Shown piece after piece: positions 25,101-36,819 of a stretch of 64,000 nt of DNA. A program made the position numbers and the translations under genes. The stretch is from positions 1-64,000 of the forward strand of contig LSRY02000041.1 in NCBI GenBank assembly GCA_001643675.2, read 5' to 3'. The notes beneath the pieces were generated by a model. The model saw only the letters and a list, made by a program, of their open reading frames with translations, was not told the origin of the DNA and searched no databases. Position 1 is the first letter of the stretch. Each line of letters starts with the position of its first letter. Origin of the DNA: Monocercomonoides exilis PA203 (taxonomy: Eukaryota > Protista > Preaxostyla).

Positions 25101-28100
25101 TTTGGGTATTTTCCATGCAAAACAATCGCAAAGGCAGCAGAGAACAGATTCAGTTTGTCAAAGAAGAACATTGTGTTGGATTCAGGGTTTGGGCTTGGAG
25201 AAGTTGTGTCGATGGCAGGGTCATATGAATGGGAGGTGTATTGCACAATCAACAAGACGAATGTAAATGTGAGAGTGCCGAGTGGAATGACATCTTCGTA
25301 TTTGATAAATGTTCAGAGTTCATGTTCCATGAAGAACATTGCGTTCCAAATTCCATTTCTGTTGTCAAGTGCAACGTCGCTCATTTGTTTGACAAGCTCA
25401 TCACTCACACTCACAGACTGCTCAGTTGCTCATTCATCAGAGAGCACATCGAATGTGTCCTTTGGATACAGTTTTGTGAATGCGCAGATCGGGAATCTGA
25501 AAATGGATCGATTTGTGATTGGTGGAGCACTTGTGTTCGGAGCTCATTCAGCGATTGAATTTTCTGAAGGAATGACGAGTGTGATATGTTCAGGGTGCAA
25601 TATCAATGCAGTCAAAAGGAATGAGGGAGATGGAGGATGGATAAAAGGAACAGTTGGAACGAGTGGAACATTGACTTTTGATGGATGCAATGTGAATGGG
25701 TGCAGTTGTGCTGGTGGAAAGGGAGGAGGAATATATGTTGGATTGAAGGGAAGTGGAAAAGTGGTTGTGAATGGGACGAGTGTGATTGATGGGAATAATG
25801 CAGAGAATAATGGAGAGAGAGGAGGGAGAGGAGGAGGGATGTTTGTGTTGATGGAGAGCGAGGGATGTGGATTGATAATTGGGCAGAATGTTGAATTTTC
25901 GAAAGTGAATGGGAACGTGGCAACATATGGGAAGGATGTGTTTGTTGATTGTGGGATTGGTGTGTTTTTGGAGTCAAAAGTGAATACCAGTTCATTTGCC
26001 TTTTTTGACGAAAGTGAAATTCCATCAGATGTGTTGAGGCTGAGTGGGAGTGAAAATGGGAATGAAAATGGAGTGATTCCACTGTTTGTGAATTTGTGCT
26101 CAATGGGGACAAAAGTAATTGTTGATGTGAGCGGAGGAAATGGGAAGGACCACAACCATTGTGGATTTGAGAAATTTGGCTGTTTGACAGTTGATTATTG
26201 TGCGAACTCAAGAATGAGCAGCACTGTGAACGAAATAGAAATTGTCTCATCTTCATCAATAACGAAGGAAATAACAGGACCATCATATGATGTGAGTATT
26301 TCAGGCAGAATAGAATCATCATCATCATCCGATGGAGAGAGGATGGGAGTGAATGTGAGTGATGGAGGATCAGCCACACAAGATTGGCTTGTTGGATGTT
26401 CGAGTTCACTGACAATGAGGAGACTTTCATTTGTTGTGAAAGGTCAGTTGAATTCGAGGAGAAGTGCATTTATTCACTCAACATCAACACTCAGTGTGAC
26501 GAACTGCTCGATCTCATTTGAGAGTGGGGCATTGACTGATGGAAAGATAGGATACAGCATCATTGACATGGCAGGAGGGAATCTGGTTGTTGATGGATTT
26601 GTGATGGAAAGTGGAGTGACACTGACAGTGAATGGGAAATCGCCCATAACGATGACAAGTGGAGCGCAATTGGAGATATCAAACAGCAGAATGAGTGGAG
26701 TGGAGGTGAATGTGGCAGGTGGAAATGGAGGAGGGGGATGTTTGAATGTTGGGATGGGCGTTAATGCGAATGTGAATATTGAAGAATCTAATTTGTCATC
26801 TACGTGCTCAGGTGGAAGTGGAATGAAAGGGGGAGGGATGATGATTTCAGCTGAGGACGGAGGAAGTTTGGAGATTAAAAGCGGAACGTTCACAGGATGC
26901 CAGGTACCAACAGAGGGCAACTTACAGAAAGGAAGAGGAATGGGAGGAGGGATGTTTGTTCGATTGGCAGACACAATGGGAGCATTTGTTCTTGAAGGAG
27001 TGACATTTGAGAGATGCAATGCTTGGAAAGGGAAGAAAGTGTTTATATCAGGAAATGACCTGAGCGAGGTTATGTCAAACGAACAACTGAAATGGGGGTT
27101 GAGCGCAATTGATAAGAATTCATTGGACGAGCTGTGTGGGTGGGAGAGGAAGACGACAGGAGAGGGATATGTGATTCCATTGGTTGTGTATTTGTGGACG
27201 ATCTGGAGCAAGGATGGGTTTGTTTCGAAGGAGAAAGGAGGAGACTTCAGCGGGTGTGGATTTTCTGAAGCACCATGCTCATCGATTGATCACTTGATAT
27301 CATTGAGATATTCAACGCTTGGAGAAGGGGAAACACACATCAGCATTGGAGATTCAGGGTTGCTGAGCCATTCCATATCATTCTCGTCTTCGTTGCCAAC
27401 TTTGCCAGATTCAGAAGCACCAGCAGTTGTGATAAAAGGAACAAAGAAAGGGTCAAGCGTGACAATTACTGATGAAGATGGGAATGCTGTGAGCAGTGGT
27501 GCAATGATATCCTCGAATGTGAGTCTGTCATTTGTCAATGTCTCATTCACCAAACCCAGCGTAACCACCAATCATGCAGTATTCATTGAATCGTCGGGAA
27601 CAAATACAGTCTTGTCGATTTCTGATTGTTCATTTGGGTCATCGAGTTGGACGGTTGAAAGTTTTGCATATTGCGTGATAAAAGTGAACGGAGGGAGCGC
27701 AGCAATTCAGAGCAGCACGTTGAATAAGATCAACGAATTGAAAGGGTTCATTGCATTCAACCCAAGTGCGAGCCAGGTGACTATCCAGAATGTGAACATT
27801 TCATCAGCCACTTTGACAGCAAACAGTCTGATTTCGATGATAGAAGAGGAAAGCCAGATGAATGGAAATGAAAACACTCATTTGAATGGCAACGAGCCTG
27901 TTTTGAGGGTTGTTGGATGTTCATTTGTCAACATCACGAATGAAGAGATTGGAGCGAGTGTTATTGGAGTGGGATCGTTTGATAATGCTATGGAATGCAC
28001 GATCGAAGACTGCACAATGTCCACGTGCAGGAGCGATTTGAGCACTGAAGGAGGAGGAATGAAAGTGGTGCTGAAGGGTGAAGAATCGGTTTTGAAGGTG

Positions 28101-30977
28101 AATGGGAGCACGTTTTCGATGTGCAAATGCTCGACTGTATCGGGGCGTGGTGGAGGGCTGTTTATTGATGGAGCCGATCCAAATGTTAACTGTGCTGATG
28201 AGACTCAAATACCACTCCTAAGGATCAAGATTGTCAACATCAAGTTTTTGCTGAATGAGGCATTTGTGGGGAATGATATATTCATCAAATGTTTCTCGAT
28301 TGAGCACCAAATTAACGAAACGCTGTTTAACTTGAACAACCAGGAATCATTGGGCACAAACAACTCCGTCTGTGGGAGGGATATTGAAAGTGAAGGAGAT
28401 ATTGATCTGATTCCGCTGATCACATATTATTATGGACTTCAAGTGTTTGTGAATGGAACAGGGAGTGATGGCAGGCGATGTGGAGCTCAGAGCAATCCAT
28501 GCAAGAGCATAAACTGTGGGGTTGATCACATTCAGGAAGGAGTGATGAATGCGATTCTGATTGATGGAGAAGGAGTGGTTTCTGGAGAATGTGAAATTAG
28601 AGACCTGGTTGTGAGTTCATTCAAAAAGACTCAAGCGATTATAAGATTGAATTCCAAGATTGAGAAATCATTTGAGAAGGATTGTGTGATGGAATTAATA
28701 AACGAAAGTTCTGTGGAGAGGTGCTCATTCCAATTTGAAGATGGATTTGAATCAACTCACAGTTATCTTATGAAAGTGAAGAATGGATCAACAGAGATCC
28801 ATAAATGTGAATTCTACTCTTCAGCAACAGCTGTTGGGATGAGGCTGAACAGTTCGGTTGTGAGCGTGGAAAGCGGAGAGCTGAAGATCTCAGAAACAAC
28901 ATTCAGAGATATTAATTCAAAAGTATCAGTTCTTTCATTATGTGAAGAATCGGATGTGACAATTGATGAAACAAGAATATCGAATATCGAATGTGAGGGA
29001 GATATTGTGAATGTTGGAGGGAAGGCGAAAGTGGAGATGAAAGAGATGGGAGTTGAGAATGTGACTCTCGTATTAGAAAGATGTGTGATTGCAATGGATG
29101 ATACCGATCAAGAGGTGAGCGTGCTAAACTGCTCGTTTGGAAAATGCGCGAATTCGGTGGACAAGGGAAGCATGATGCAGATAAGACGATCCAAGGAAGT
29201 GAAGGTTGAGGCATGCTTATTTGATGGAGAAAAAGAGGAGAAAGAAGCAGAGGCAGTGAACGAAGGAAACAAGGGGAAAGAAGGGTTATGCAAATGGAAT
29301 GGGTCATTGGTTGATATTGAAGACAGCAATGTGGAGATGAAGGAGACAACGGTTATGAAGAGCAAAAATGGAGGGCTGTGGATGAGCGGAGGAAGCGTGA
29401 AGATTGAAAACAGCAAGTTTGAGAACAACAGTCCATCTGTTGAGGGATATCCGTCAGCGCGAAGGAATGTGATCTGCACAGGGAACGGGGAGTTGAATAT
29501 TGTGAGTATGAAAGGGGGAGATGGAATCGAGAAAAACACATCTCTGTGGATATTGGACGAAGGATGCCAATTGGGAGGGATAGCTTCAGAAAGAGGATCA
29601 TCGTATTTCATTCCATTTCTGGAAGAGGTGAAGAATACGACGCTGCCAACAGGGGAAATGGAACTGATCATCCTGGGGAAGCTGTTTCTTCCATGCAATT
29701 TATCACTGAAGATTTGCCTGAAAAATGGGAATGAAGAGGAGATTGTGAGAAAGGAAATTTATGGAGAAGGATATATTTCGGAGAACGAAGTGCATTCTGT
29801 TGTCTCATCGGAGCCGCTGGAAGCGATGAGACAGAAAACAGAAGTGAGTGTGTGCATTTTGTTTGGGGATGCAGGATCTCCATTATCAACAGATTCATTC
29901 ATTCTGAAGAACAAAAGTGAGACTGAACCAAAAGGAGATGAAATACCCTCAAAAGGAGAGAAAAAAATTGAATGGAGTTTGATTGCCTTTATTGGGTGCA
30001 TTGTTATTATTGTGATTCTGTTATTTGTGATTATTGTGGTTGTTGTGCAACTGAGAAAGAAGCAGAAAGGAGGAAGAATGAGAGTTGAAGATGGAGATAT
30101 TGAAGAGTCAAAGATAATGGGGAGAGGGGAATGGAGAAAAGAAGATGTTGCAGAAAAAGTTGAGGAAGAAGAGATGGAAATGCAAACATTATTGGAAAGA
30201 GAAACGGGAAATGAGATGGGAGTTTCAACAAAGAAAGGCGAGGAGCTGGAGGAGTGTGAGAACAAAGAAATGGTTGAAAATTCATTTGATTGCAAGGGAG
30301 TGATCGAGGTGGTGCCAGTGAATTATATTGAAATACAAACAGTTGCCTCGCTTCTTGGTGGTGGAGAGGATGGAAACATGGAGAATGGTGCTTGTATTGG
30401 TGGAAAGGAAGATGAGAATGTGCTAAAAAGTGATAGAAAAGCGAAAAGGGGGAAGAGAAGGAAGGGGAAGAAATGGAAGAAAGTGGAAGAGGTTGATGAA
30501 ATTGGGGATGAAAGGGGAGGATGTGAAATTGGATCGGAGGAGTTGGGTGGGGTAGCTGCAGATGATGGAAGAAGTAGAAAGCCGACAGAATATTATATTG
30601 GAATCTGTTCAGCACCAAACAGCCATTTTTCGATGATTGGAGACGATTCAGAAGAGCAGGGGATGAAGAGGACGATGGAAGAAGAAAGAGAAGAGGAGGA
30701 AAATGCCAAAAAAGAAATTGGAGGAGCTTTAGAAAAAAGAAGGAGGGTTTCTAAAGAAACCGAGGGAGAAGAAATGATGAAAGAGTGTGAAGGGTATGAA
30801 GGGGAAGTGAAACTGACAGATATTGATGGATGTTTGAATGGTGAGGAAAGTTTGAAAGGTGAAAGAGAAAGAGAAAGGGAAGGTGAAGAGAAGCAAAAGA
30901 GGAGGAAGAAAAAGAAAAAGATAAATCAAAAAAGAAAAGATAAATCAGAAATTGTTCGGGATATTGCTGAAATGTGA
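22113..30977 (+). CDS. Giant (about 2950 aa) predicted type-I membrane/surface protein with pectin-lyase-like/Pmp-like beta-helix repeats
   Basis: One long ORF with first ATG at 22113 and a hydrophobic N-terminus. Recurrent GGG(I/M) and FxxC motifs and repeated 'G.D...CG....PC.(T/S)I' modules. A single TM helix LIAFIGCIVIIVILLFVIIVVVV precedes a charged low-complexity tail. Confidence 0.85.
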   Translation: MSIFALTINILIYNLQCNTTRGNTTADSFSDLSRFRYETESSFQEAGLLKSKTSEMPTKNNLMHPKFVTENAVIVGSNEDEDSYTKNNNYSGKMSENPQIQILKRTGADIRFSYFANIYKNENEESKIKGEMELKNSSVLWKKLEFSSFSESQHYIIADKWSVAIVKQCAVVERNNYSPFDIQGGFGMFENISLQSSNSSIRILYPLFTFKQSPNNSPDLGSVCVSSSHFSSFFVSSAPFLSSFFFERISLTQMSLFNISVFSLSKNFINASESTSSTLMSCCSFSSVCDVYDGGIVPSLNSPSSSLAASNTSFARCYRSQNVAVSGSEGNPSKPARQQIADNEANSFTWCVWNGTKTTGTSGSYSDGTSNGGAIYMYGLSSGTLSVKFCSFNDCYAYWNGGGVMCAYIESVEIVNNTFNSCTTQAWVGGGMCIYPISSCVRISGCEFQKCSAKFDGGGLHLYNFQVSGTGCIGTESGKGESACVFECLFTSCTLSSTGGGGMYCYGVSAAFKMRSIQFISCSALREGGGLDFYPHQSTAPSNNIYCYFFFFHDCRCMVANNPGGHDVEYLDTCNLYLDSGNPFHECYTTNTDDKRVCYRYNYSSSGSWVYQLTEKKDWLKNKTIYIGENGNDSNELCGMNETMPCKTIGYCVNKCYNLISFGISVLNGKYVSEVTTISVGEKKISVVGRGKTVSVIGTSALSTSSPTLFSISTGQLEVGHVGIDRNAARSSSPSVFVVSVESGTLSLEDVVIDSSTSGGSGISSSVFEVTLSQLKMIDVEIENMKISQPLFADPSSAGSSSDESLLGNVTIRNVNRTGGDGVVMAKSVKGGETFVVCNTTIEGCFCESGNGGGIKVELASSTSKAFIGTSTSHSGGTTIFNKTKCSGYGGGVMLYLADSSFDFTISSVSFVGCSATLGGKDVFVNGSRLVSGTITATKLNFSRNVSIYDELMGYDRNEGGMGIFPLNVFLEAFSGAAHVGKGVNGYGGYDSWFCGFGYFPCKTIAKAAENRFSLSKKNIVLDSGFGLGEVVSMAGSYEWEVYCTINKTNVNVRVPSGMTSSYLINVQSSCSMKNIAFQIPFLLSSATSLICLTSSSLTLTDCSVAHSSESTSNVSFGYSFVNAQIGNLKMDRFVIGGALVFGAHSAIEFSEGMTSVICSGCNINAVKRNEGDGGWIKGTVGTSGTLTFDGCNVNGCSCAGGKGGGIYVGLKGSGKVVVNGTSVIDGNNAENNGERGGRGGGMFVLMESEGCGLIIGQNVEFSKVNGNVATYGKDVFVDCGIGVFLESKVNTSSFAFFDESEIPSDVLRLSGSENGNENGVIPLFVNLCSMGTKVIVDVSGGNGKDHNHCGFEKFGCLTVDYCANSRMSSTVNEIEIVSSSSITKEITGPSYDVSISGRIESSSSSDGERMGVNVSDGGSATQDWLVGCSSSLTMRRLSFVVKGQLNSRRSAFIHSTSTLSVTNCSISFESGALTDGKIGYSIIDMAGGNLVVDGFVMESGVTLTVNGKSPITMTSGAQLEISNSRMSGVEVNVAGGNGGGGCLNVGMGVNANVNIEESNLSSTCSGGSGMKGGGMMISAEDGGSLEIKSGTFTGCQVPTEGNLQKGRGMGGGMFVRLADTMGAFVLEGVTFERCNAWKGKKVFISGNDLSEVMSNEQLKWGLSAIDKNSLDELCGWERKTTGEGYVIPLVVYLWTIWSKDGFVSKEKGGDFSGCGFSEAPCSSIDHLISLRYSTLGEGETHISIGDSGLLSHSISFSSSLPTLPDSEAPAVVIKGTKKGSSVTITDEDGNAVSSGAMISSNVSLSFVNVSFTKPSVTTNHAVFIESSGTNTVLSISDCSFGSSSWTVESFAYCVIKVNGGSAAIQSSTLNKINELKGFIAFNPSASQVTIQNVNISSATLTANSLISMIEEESQMNGNENTHLNGNEPVLRVVGCSFVNITNEEIGASVIGVGSFDNAMECTIEDCTMSTCRSDLSTEGGGMKVVLKGEESVLKVNGSTFSMCKCSTVSGRGGGLFIDGADPNVNCADETQIPLLRIKIVNIKFLLNEAFVGNDIFIKCFSIEHQINETLFNLNNQESLGTNNSVCGRDIESEGDIDLIPLITYYYGLQVFVNGTGSDGRRCGAQSNPCKSINCGVDHIQEGVMNAILIDGEGVVSGECEIRDLVVSSFKKTQAIIRLNSKIEKSFEKDCVMELINESSVERCSFQFEDGFESTHSYLMKVKNGSTEIHKCEFYSSATAVGMRLNSSVVSVESGELKISETTFRDINSKVSVLSLCEESDVTIDETRISNIECEGDIVNVGGKAKVEMKEMGVENVTLVLERCVIAMDDTDQEVSVLNCSFGKCANSVDKGSMMQIRRSKEVKVEACLFDGEKEEKEAEAVNEGNKGKEGLCKWNGSLVDIEDSNVEMKETTVMKSKNGGLWMSGGSVKIENSKFENNSPSVEGYPSARRNVICTGNGELNIVSMKGGDGIEKNTSLWILDEGCQLGGIASERGSSYFIPFLEEVKNTTLPTGEMELIILGKLFLPCNLSLKICLKNGNEEEIVRKEIYGEGYISENEVHSVVSSEPLEAMRQKTEVSVCILFGDAGSPLSTDSFILKNKSETEPKGDEIPSKGEKKIEWSLIAFIGCIVIIVILLFVIIVVVVQLRKKQKGGRMRVEDGDIEESKIMGRGEWRKEDVAEKVEEEEMEMQTLLERETGNEMGVSTKKGEELEECENKEMVENSFDCKGVIEVVPVNYIEIQTVASLLGGGEDGNMENGACIGGKEDENVLKSDRKAKRGKRRKGKKWKKVEEVDEIGDERGGCEIGSEELGGVAADDGRSRKPTEYYIGICSAPNSHFSMIGDDSEEQGMKRTMEEEREEEENAKKEIGGALEKRRRVSKETEGEEMMKECEGYEGEVKLTDIDGCLNGEESLKGEREREREGEEKQKRRKKKKKINQKRKDKSEIVRDIAEM

Positions 30978-33095
30978 TTGTTTGATGATGCACAAAAGGC
31001 TGTTGAGCAGGACAGATAATATGGTTGTGATTGCTTCAGAAAACGAAGGAAGGTGAGAGGAAGGGGAGAATTATGCACAGAAATCAGAAAGAATAAAAAT
31101 GTGAAAGAACTTTCAATGTGCTTGATTTGAATGGAAGAAGCAATGATGGAACTGCATTGCTTTTTGAAAATAAGTTCATTTGTGAAATAAAAGACCCTCC
31201 CAATTGAACGTTTTGATGAATGTTCTGAAAGAGAAGAGTTGGGAACACTTTACCACTTTAATAACTTGCCTATTGTTACCGTTGAAATTGTACCATGTCC
31301 TTTCACAAAATTTTTTTTATATTCATTTTTTTATTCAATTCAATTATTTTATTTTTTGTATTTCTCTCAAATTGCTGTATTTTCATCTTTTTCCAACCGG
31401 AAGAATAGAATGAAGCATTTCACTTTATTCGTTTTTTTTCAGAAAAGTTTTATCCATCTGTAATGTTTTTGTTCAATTTTCTTCTTGACTTTGACTTTTT
31501 TGACAATCTCAACTTTTTTCTTTTCTTTTTTGAATATTACTGTCACCTCATCACAACTTATTTGATTGCTTTTCTTCTTTGCTATATCGTTGGGCTGCAT
31601 GACTCAATGATACATTTGAAGTATTTTCAGTCATTGCTTGTCACATCACGAATTTTTATATCGCTTTTTATTGTAAGCAAACACTCAACTCAAGAGCTTG
31701 ATTTTGGTTTTTCAATCAGTTTTTGAGGCAAAAGGGTGATGAAGAAGAGCATGTGTTGGATAAGATGAAAAATCTTTGTTTGTTTAATCTTTCCTTCAAA
31801 AGAGAGACAATGGAGATGGCTGTTCGTTTGAACCATGAAGAACAATCATCATCATCATCTGGCAAAAAAGGGTTCAACAAAAAAAAGAGAATACATCATA
31901 CTTGGACATTCCTGATTGTCACATCAAGAGCCAATTCTGGAACTTCTTTCTTGTTCATCGATTTGCATTTAACCAAATGCCGTTTTTGTTGAACTGTCAG
32001 TTCTTGTGATATTCCTAAACATGCACCTGAAAATATGACTTTGTTGCAGGATATTTGTCAAATGAACAATCTTTTGCTTTTTGCTGTTATTTTTTTAAAA
32101 ATGATTGCAAATTAATGCATTTTTTTTTTTTATTCGAATTTTTTTGTTTGATAATGCTACACAAAGAAAAAGAATGAAGAGAAATTGCAAATGCAATAAA
32201 AGCCATAGCAATAACATAATTCATAAAGAGACACTTCATCAACTTGCTTTTTCACCCCTCTCAATACTGCAAATAACACTTTGTAAATCCGACTTTATTC
32301 TTCCTCTTCTTCCTCCTTTCTTCTCTTCAACTTCTTCCTTTTTAAACCTAAATATCTCTATTTGTGGATGTGAATGAGTCATTGAAGCAATCACTATCTA
32401 AGTCAGCTGAGCCACTTGTTTTTTTCTTTAAATCTTTCTCTTCTCTTCTCTTTCTCTTTCTCTCTTTGTCCAATAAACCCAGCTGTTCATGCTTTCCATT
32501 GCAAAGCTGCGCTCAGCCTCACAGGCACCTTCATTGTGTGCCACATGACGGCCAACCACTCCTTCACGCTCAGCTGAGTCCATCACATCTGTCAGAATGT
32601 GCTTGCTCAGGGCGAGTGATCAAACAGCAGCAGGCATTTCTGGGCAGGAAAGAATGGCAGGCTGAGTGAGTGGAAGAGTGCAAAGGAAAGGAAAGAGAAG
32701 GAAAATAAGAAAAAAAAAAGAAAGAGAGAGAGAGAAAGAGAAAGAGAAAGAGAAAGAGAAAGAGAAAGAGAAAGAAAGAAAGAAAGAAGAAACTCAAACT
32801 TCTCAGAAATATGTTCACAGTCCAATCTCATCAGCATCGCCTGTCTCTTTGTCATAGTCTTGTCTCATGACACCTTCACTTTCATTGTCACCTTCTTCTT
32901 CCTTCTTCTTCTTTCTTCATCACCATCCTTTTCATCCTTTTCATCATCATCATCATCATCTTATTCTCTTCTTCTTCTTCTTTCTATTAAATTTCCTCTC
33001 TTCTTTGCTTTTGCAAGAAAAATTCCGCGATTCACAAAAGAAGGGCGAAAAAGGGATTTTTAATAATAATTTTATTTTATTTTATTTGAATAATT

Positions 33096-33242
33096 TCATC
33101 TTTCTCTTCTTCATCTCTTTCTTTTTCTTTTTCATCTTCTTCTTTTTCCTATTCTTCTTCTTCTTTTTCCTATTCTTCTTCTTCTTCAACTTCTTCTTTT
33201 TCTTCTTCTTCTTCTTCTTCAACTTCTTCTTCTTCTTCTTCA

Positions 33243-33273
<31 letters not shown>

Positions 33274-33330
33274 CTTCTTCTTCTTCTTCTTCTTCTTCTT
33301 CTTCGTCATCGTTGTCGTCGTCATCGTCGT
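33096..33330 (+). repeat. (TTC)n / (GAA)n microsatellite-like tract
   Basis: A long TTC array. It probably encodes an acidic low-complexity stretch of a decayed minus-strand gene in about 31700-34700. Confidence 0.85.
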
Positions 33331-35452
33331 TTTCTTTCTCATAAAAATTTTCTTCCTATTCTTCCTCCTTTTCCTTCTTCTCTCCATCAATTCACCTTTT
33401 CTGTCTTCCTCTTCAAATTCACAAAATAATAACTCTTGCATAGTCCTCCCTCTTGTTTCTGTACCAAAGATGTTGCATTCCAATGTGAAATGGTTAAACT
33501 GTATTTTCGAACACGTCGTCTCCCATTCACATAACCTCCTCTTCCCTTCAGAGCGCTTTCTCACCAGCTTTTCAGAATGTTCGCCTGCCTCGTGTGCTTC
33601 ACCTGTTTTATTCCTATCTTTCCTGCTTCCAATGCTGATATTGAATTCAATGCCAATATCAATACCGATGCAGATGCAAATTCTCGATACATTTCTTCCA
33701 CTGCAAATCAAATGAATCCCAGAAATTCCCTACATTATCTGCGTCTGCTTCAGCCAATCCTTTTCAGCTGTTATAAATACAACCTCTTATCACTCTTTTT
33801 GCATCGACATAAGTTTCGACATCGCTGTCTGTTTCATTTACCTCTTCTTCTTCTTCTTCTTCAACTTCTTCATCATCAAAGTCTTCATCAGCTGCTTTTC
33901 TCTGCTCCAGCGCAGTCGGTTCAATCATTGCTTTTGGTAAAAATCACATTATGTATCCTCATCCACATCTCATTTGTTGCTTTCTTCACAATCTCCTTTG
34001 GCATTCACAGTAAAAGCACAGTTTTTATCGCTTCGACATCAAACTTCATCATTTCCTGAATCATGCTGTGAACAACCCAATATAATTACGTGCAATAGCC
34101 TTCGCCATCTCTTAAGGATCAGACAAATTGTGGATGGAAGTCAATGTCATAATCACAAATTTTAGCATGCTCCATAATGTTTTGACGAATCTTTTATTTT
34201 ATCCTTTCCATCGCTATGAAAGCAAAGAAAATTGAGAACATTAACTGAACTTCCGCGTCCAGCTTTGGATTCGCATCAGCAGGCAACTCATTCCAGCCTT
34301 CTTTGCTTCAGTGAAGTTTTTTTGTAAAGCTTGCAACATGAAAGTCAGAAGAACCAAAGACGAATTGGTGCATTAGGCAGAGCAACGCACATGTGTCTTT
34401 CGATGTTGCTCCATGCAACCGAAGCCGATGCGCCAGGAAAAAGCTATTTCAACAAGAGGGTTACAAGACTGCTCATCTGACGCAGATTCTTCAACTGTTC
34501 TTTTCTTTTCTTTTCTTTTTTTTGTGAAAAGTGAGAAGAACAGTGAGAAGATGCATGTCGAATTGCTGACTGAAGAACAACTTCTGAAGAAAAGTGCCTT
34601 TTGAGAGAGCATTTGCATCAGAAGGAAGCTTTGTTTGAAACATAAACACAACATCCGCATTCTGATCAGAATGACAGCCAATCATTGATTGCTCGTTGTC
34701 TTCGAGTGATTGGGAAAAGAAAGAAGAGGACTAATTCAGATAGCTCAATCATTGGAAAGGAAAAAGCATTGAAAAAGAAAATGAGAAAGATTTATTCTTT
34801 TCACCTTAATTTCTTTTCTTCTTCTCACAAATGTTTGAATGATTTTGTTGGGACTTCCTGCTGAGTTGTATTCGATCCAAAAAAATTAACTCTTATAGTA
34901 TTTTAATGTTCTTTTTCCTTTATTATTTTCCTTTGTTATTATTATTATTTTTAATTGATTTGTTGCATTTGTAAGTTATGAAAAGAACGACTTTTTCAAA
35001 AGGCAACGCAATTGAAAAAGATTGAAATGATGAAAATAGAAAAAGAAACAAACAATTTAGAGTTTCTTTATAAAATGAGTTTCATTTTCTCAAAACATTA
35101 ACATCACCATCAAATAATTAATCAGGCAATTCAATAAAAATCTTCAAATTAAAAATATTTCAAACAACCATTTGCATATTAAGGTTTTAATCAAAAAAGA
35201 AAAAATTGCAATGAGAAAATAAAAATGTGCAGAATCTCATTTCTCCTGACATTTACTGAACAGTCATAAACAGATAAGACAGAAAAAATACTTTTATCAA
35301 AAAAAAATAAAATATGTTTAAAATTTTGTTGAAAACTTAATGAATGAAAAAATAAAAATAAAATTTATGAGTTACAAAAAAAACAAAGCCTTTCGTTTCC
35401 TCAAGCATTCACAAAAATATTCATGAATATTTAATAATATATCAATTCAGTA

Positions 35453-36819
35453 TTATCTGCAAAAGAAACGAAATACTTCATGAAAGCTAATGATGATATC
35501 TTCGTATCCTTCTTCTTCCTGTTTTACAAAAACCTTCCTTTTCGTCGCCTTTCTTTTCGCTTCTTTTTTTTCATCTTTCTCCTCTTCTTTCAATCGCTTT
35601 GAAATCTCATCAAAAATAACAAAAAGCCCAAATGTTATTCTTTGGTTCAATGTTGGTCGATAAATCTCCTCCAAAACAGCATCAATAGCACTGCTTTTCA
35701 GTAAGGTATCAAGTTTCACAGCTCTATTTCCTGCAACTGTTTCAAAGATATAAATACACTGTTTGCTGATTTCACCGTAATTATCTCTTGACACAAGAAA
35801 TACATCAGCAAGACGGCTGATAAGCCCAACGTATTCTTCATTCCACAATTTACATGAGTAGAAGTAATTACCAATCGAGCGGATCCATCTCGAAATAATA
35901 TGCATTGCTTTCCTTTCTGTTTTCCCCATCTCTTCTTCTTTCTTCTTCCAATCCACACTCGTCGATAACTCTTCCAGTTCTCTGATTGACTCTCGTATAA
36001 TATGCAGCTCATTCACCATCTCTTCTTCCAAACTGTTATTTGGTAACCTGTTTATCAAAAACTCCCAAGCAGATTGATATGCAAGACGTGTCAGATTGCG
36101 ATACATCTGATGATTTAGGATAATCTCTTTGATCTCATTCAGGAAAAGATCTCTTTGAAAGTTCTATTCAAAAAATTGAAAAAAAATTCAGAAACGTCAA
36201 AAATGAAAAAGAAGTGCTCATACATAACGTCTGTCAAAACAACTCAATGCCAGTAAAGCCATTTCCACTTCTTTTTGAGTCTCCTCATTTCCCTCTTTCT
36301 TCAACGCAACTTTTAGAAGGCAAGACACACAAATCGAAAGCAATTTATATGAAAATAAGTTGCTTTGAAAAATATAGCATTCGCAAAGGTTTACGAGAAG
36401 TTTTTCATTCTTTTCTTCTTTTTTCTTCTCTTCATCAATAATCATCTTCTCAAATATTTTTTTCAATGTAGATCCTTCAAAGCCAAAATTCGATATATCT
36501 TTCAACACATTGTAAAATCCAACATGCTTTAACAGAAAAATCGCATTTCTCATCGAAAGTTTCTCTTCTTCAATCATTTTGAGTATTTTCTCGAACAGTT
36601 CTTTTGTGTAAACATATTCTATTTCTTCTTTATTCATTTCTTCCATCAATCCATTCATTTCTTCGATTTTCTGTTTTTGCCTTTCCTTGTTGCAATCTTC
36701 AAGCTCAGAAAACAACTCTTTAAAAAATAAAAATAAAAACAAAATCGCAACTATCAAGAATTCGAATTCAACAACGAGCACAAACCATTGAACCTTTCAG
36801 TTTCACTTGTTGTCTGCAT
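35453..36819 (-). CDS. Lineage-specific multicopy helical protein, paralogue A (3 predicted exons)
   Basis: ELFSELEDCN..QKQKIEEMN, KEVEMALLALS, RNLTRLAYQSAWEFL and EEEGYED motifs are shared with paralogues B and C. GT..AG introns at about 36785-36720 and 36224-36163. Confidence 0.7.

Noticed and set aside
24379-30993. Many antisense ORFs within the giant gene
   Set aside because: They are shadow ORFs caused by the codon bias of the + strand gene.
32867-33715. Poly-Phe and poly-Lys ORFs
   Set aside because: They are alternative-frame readings of a TTC/GAA microsatellite.
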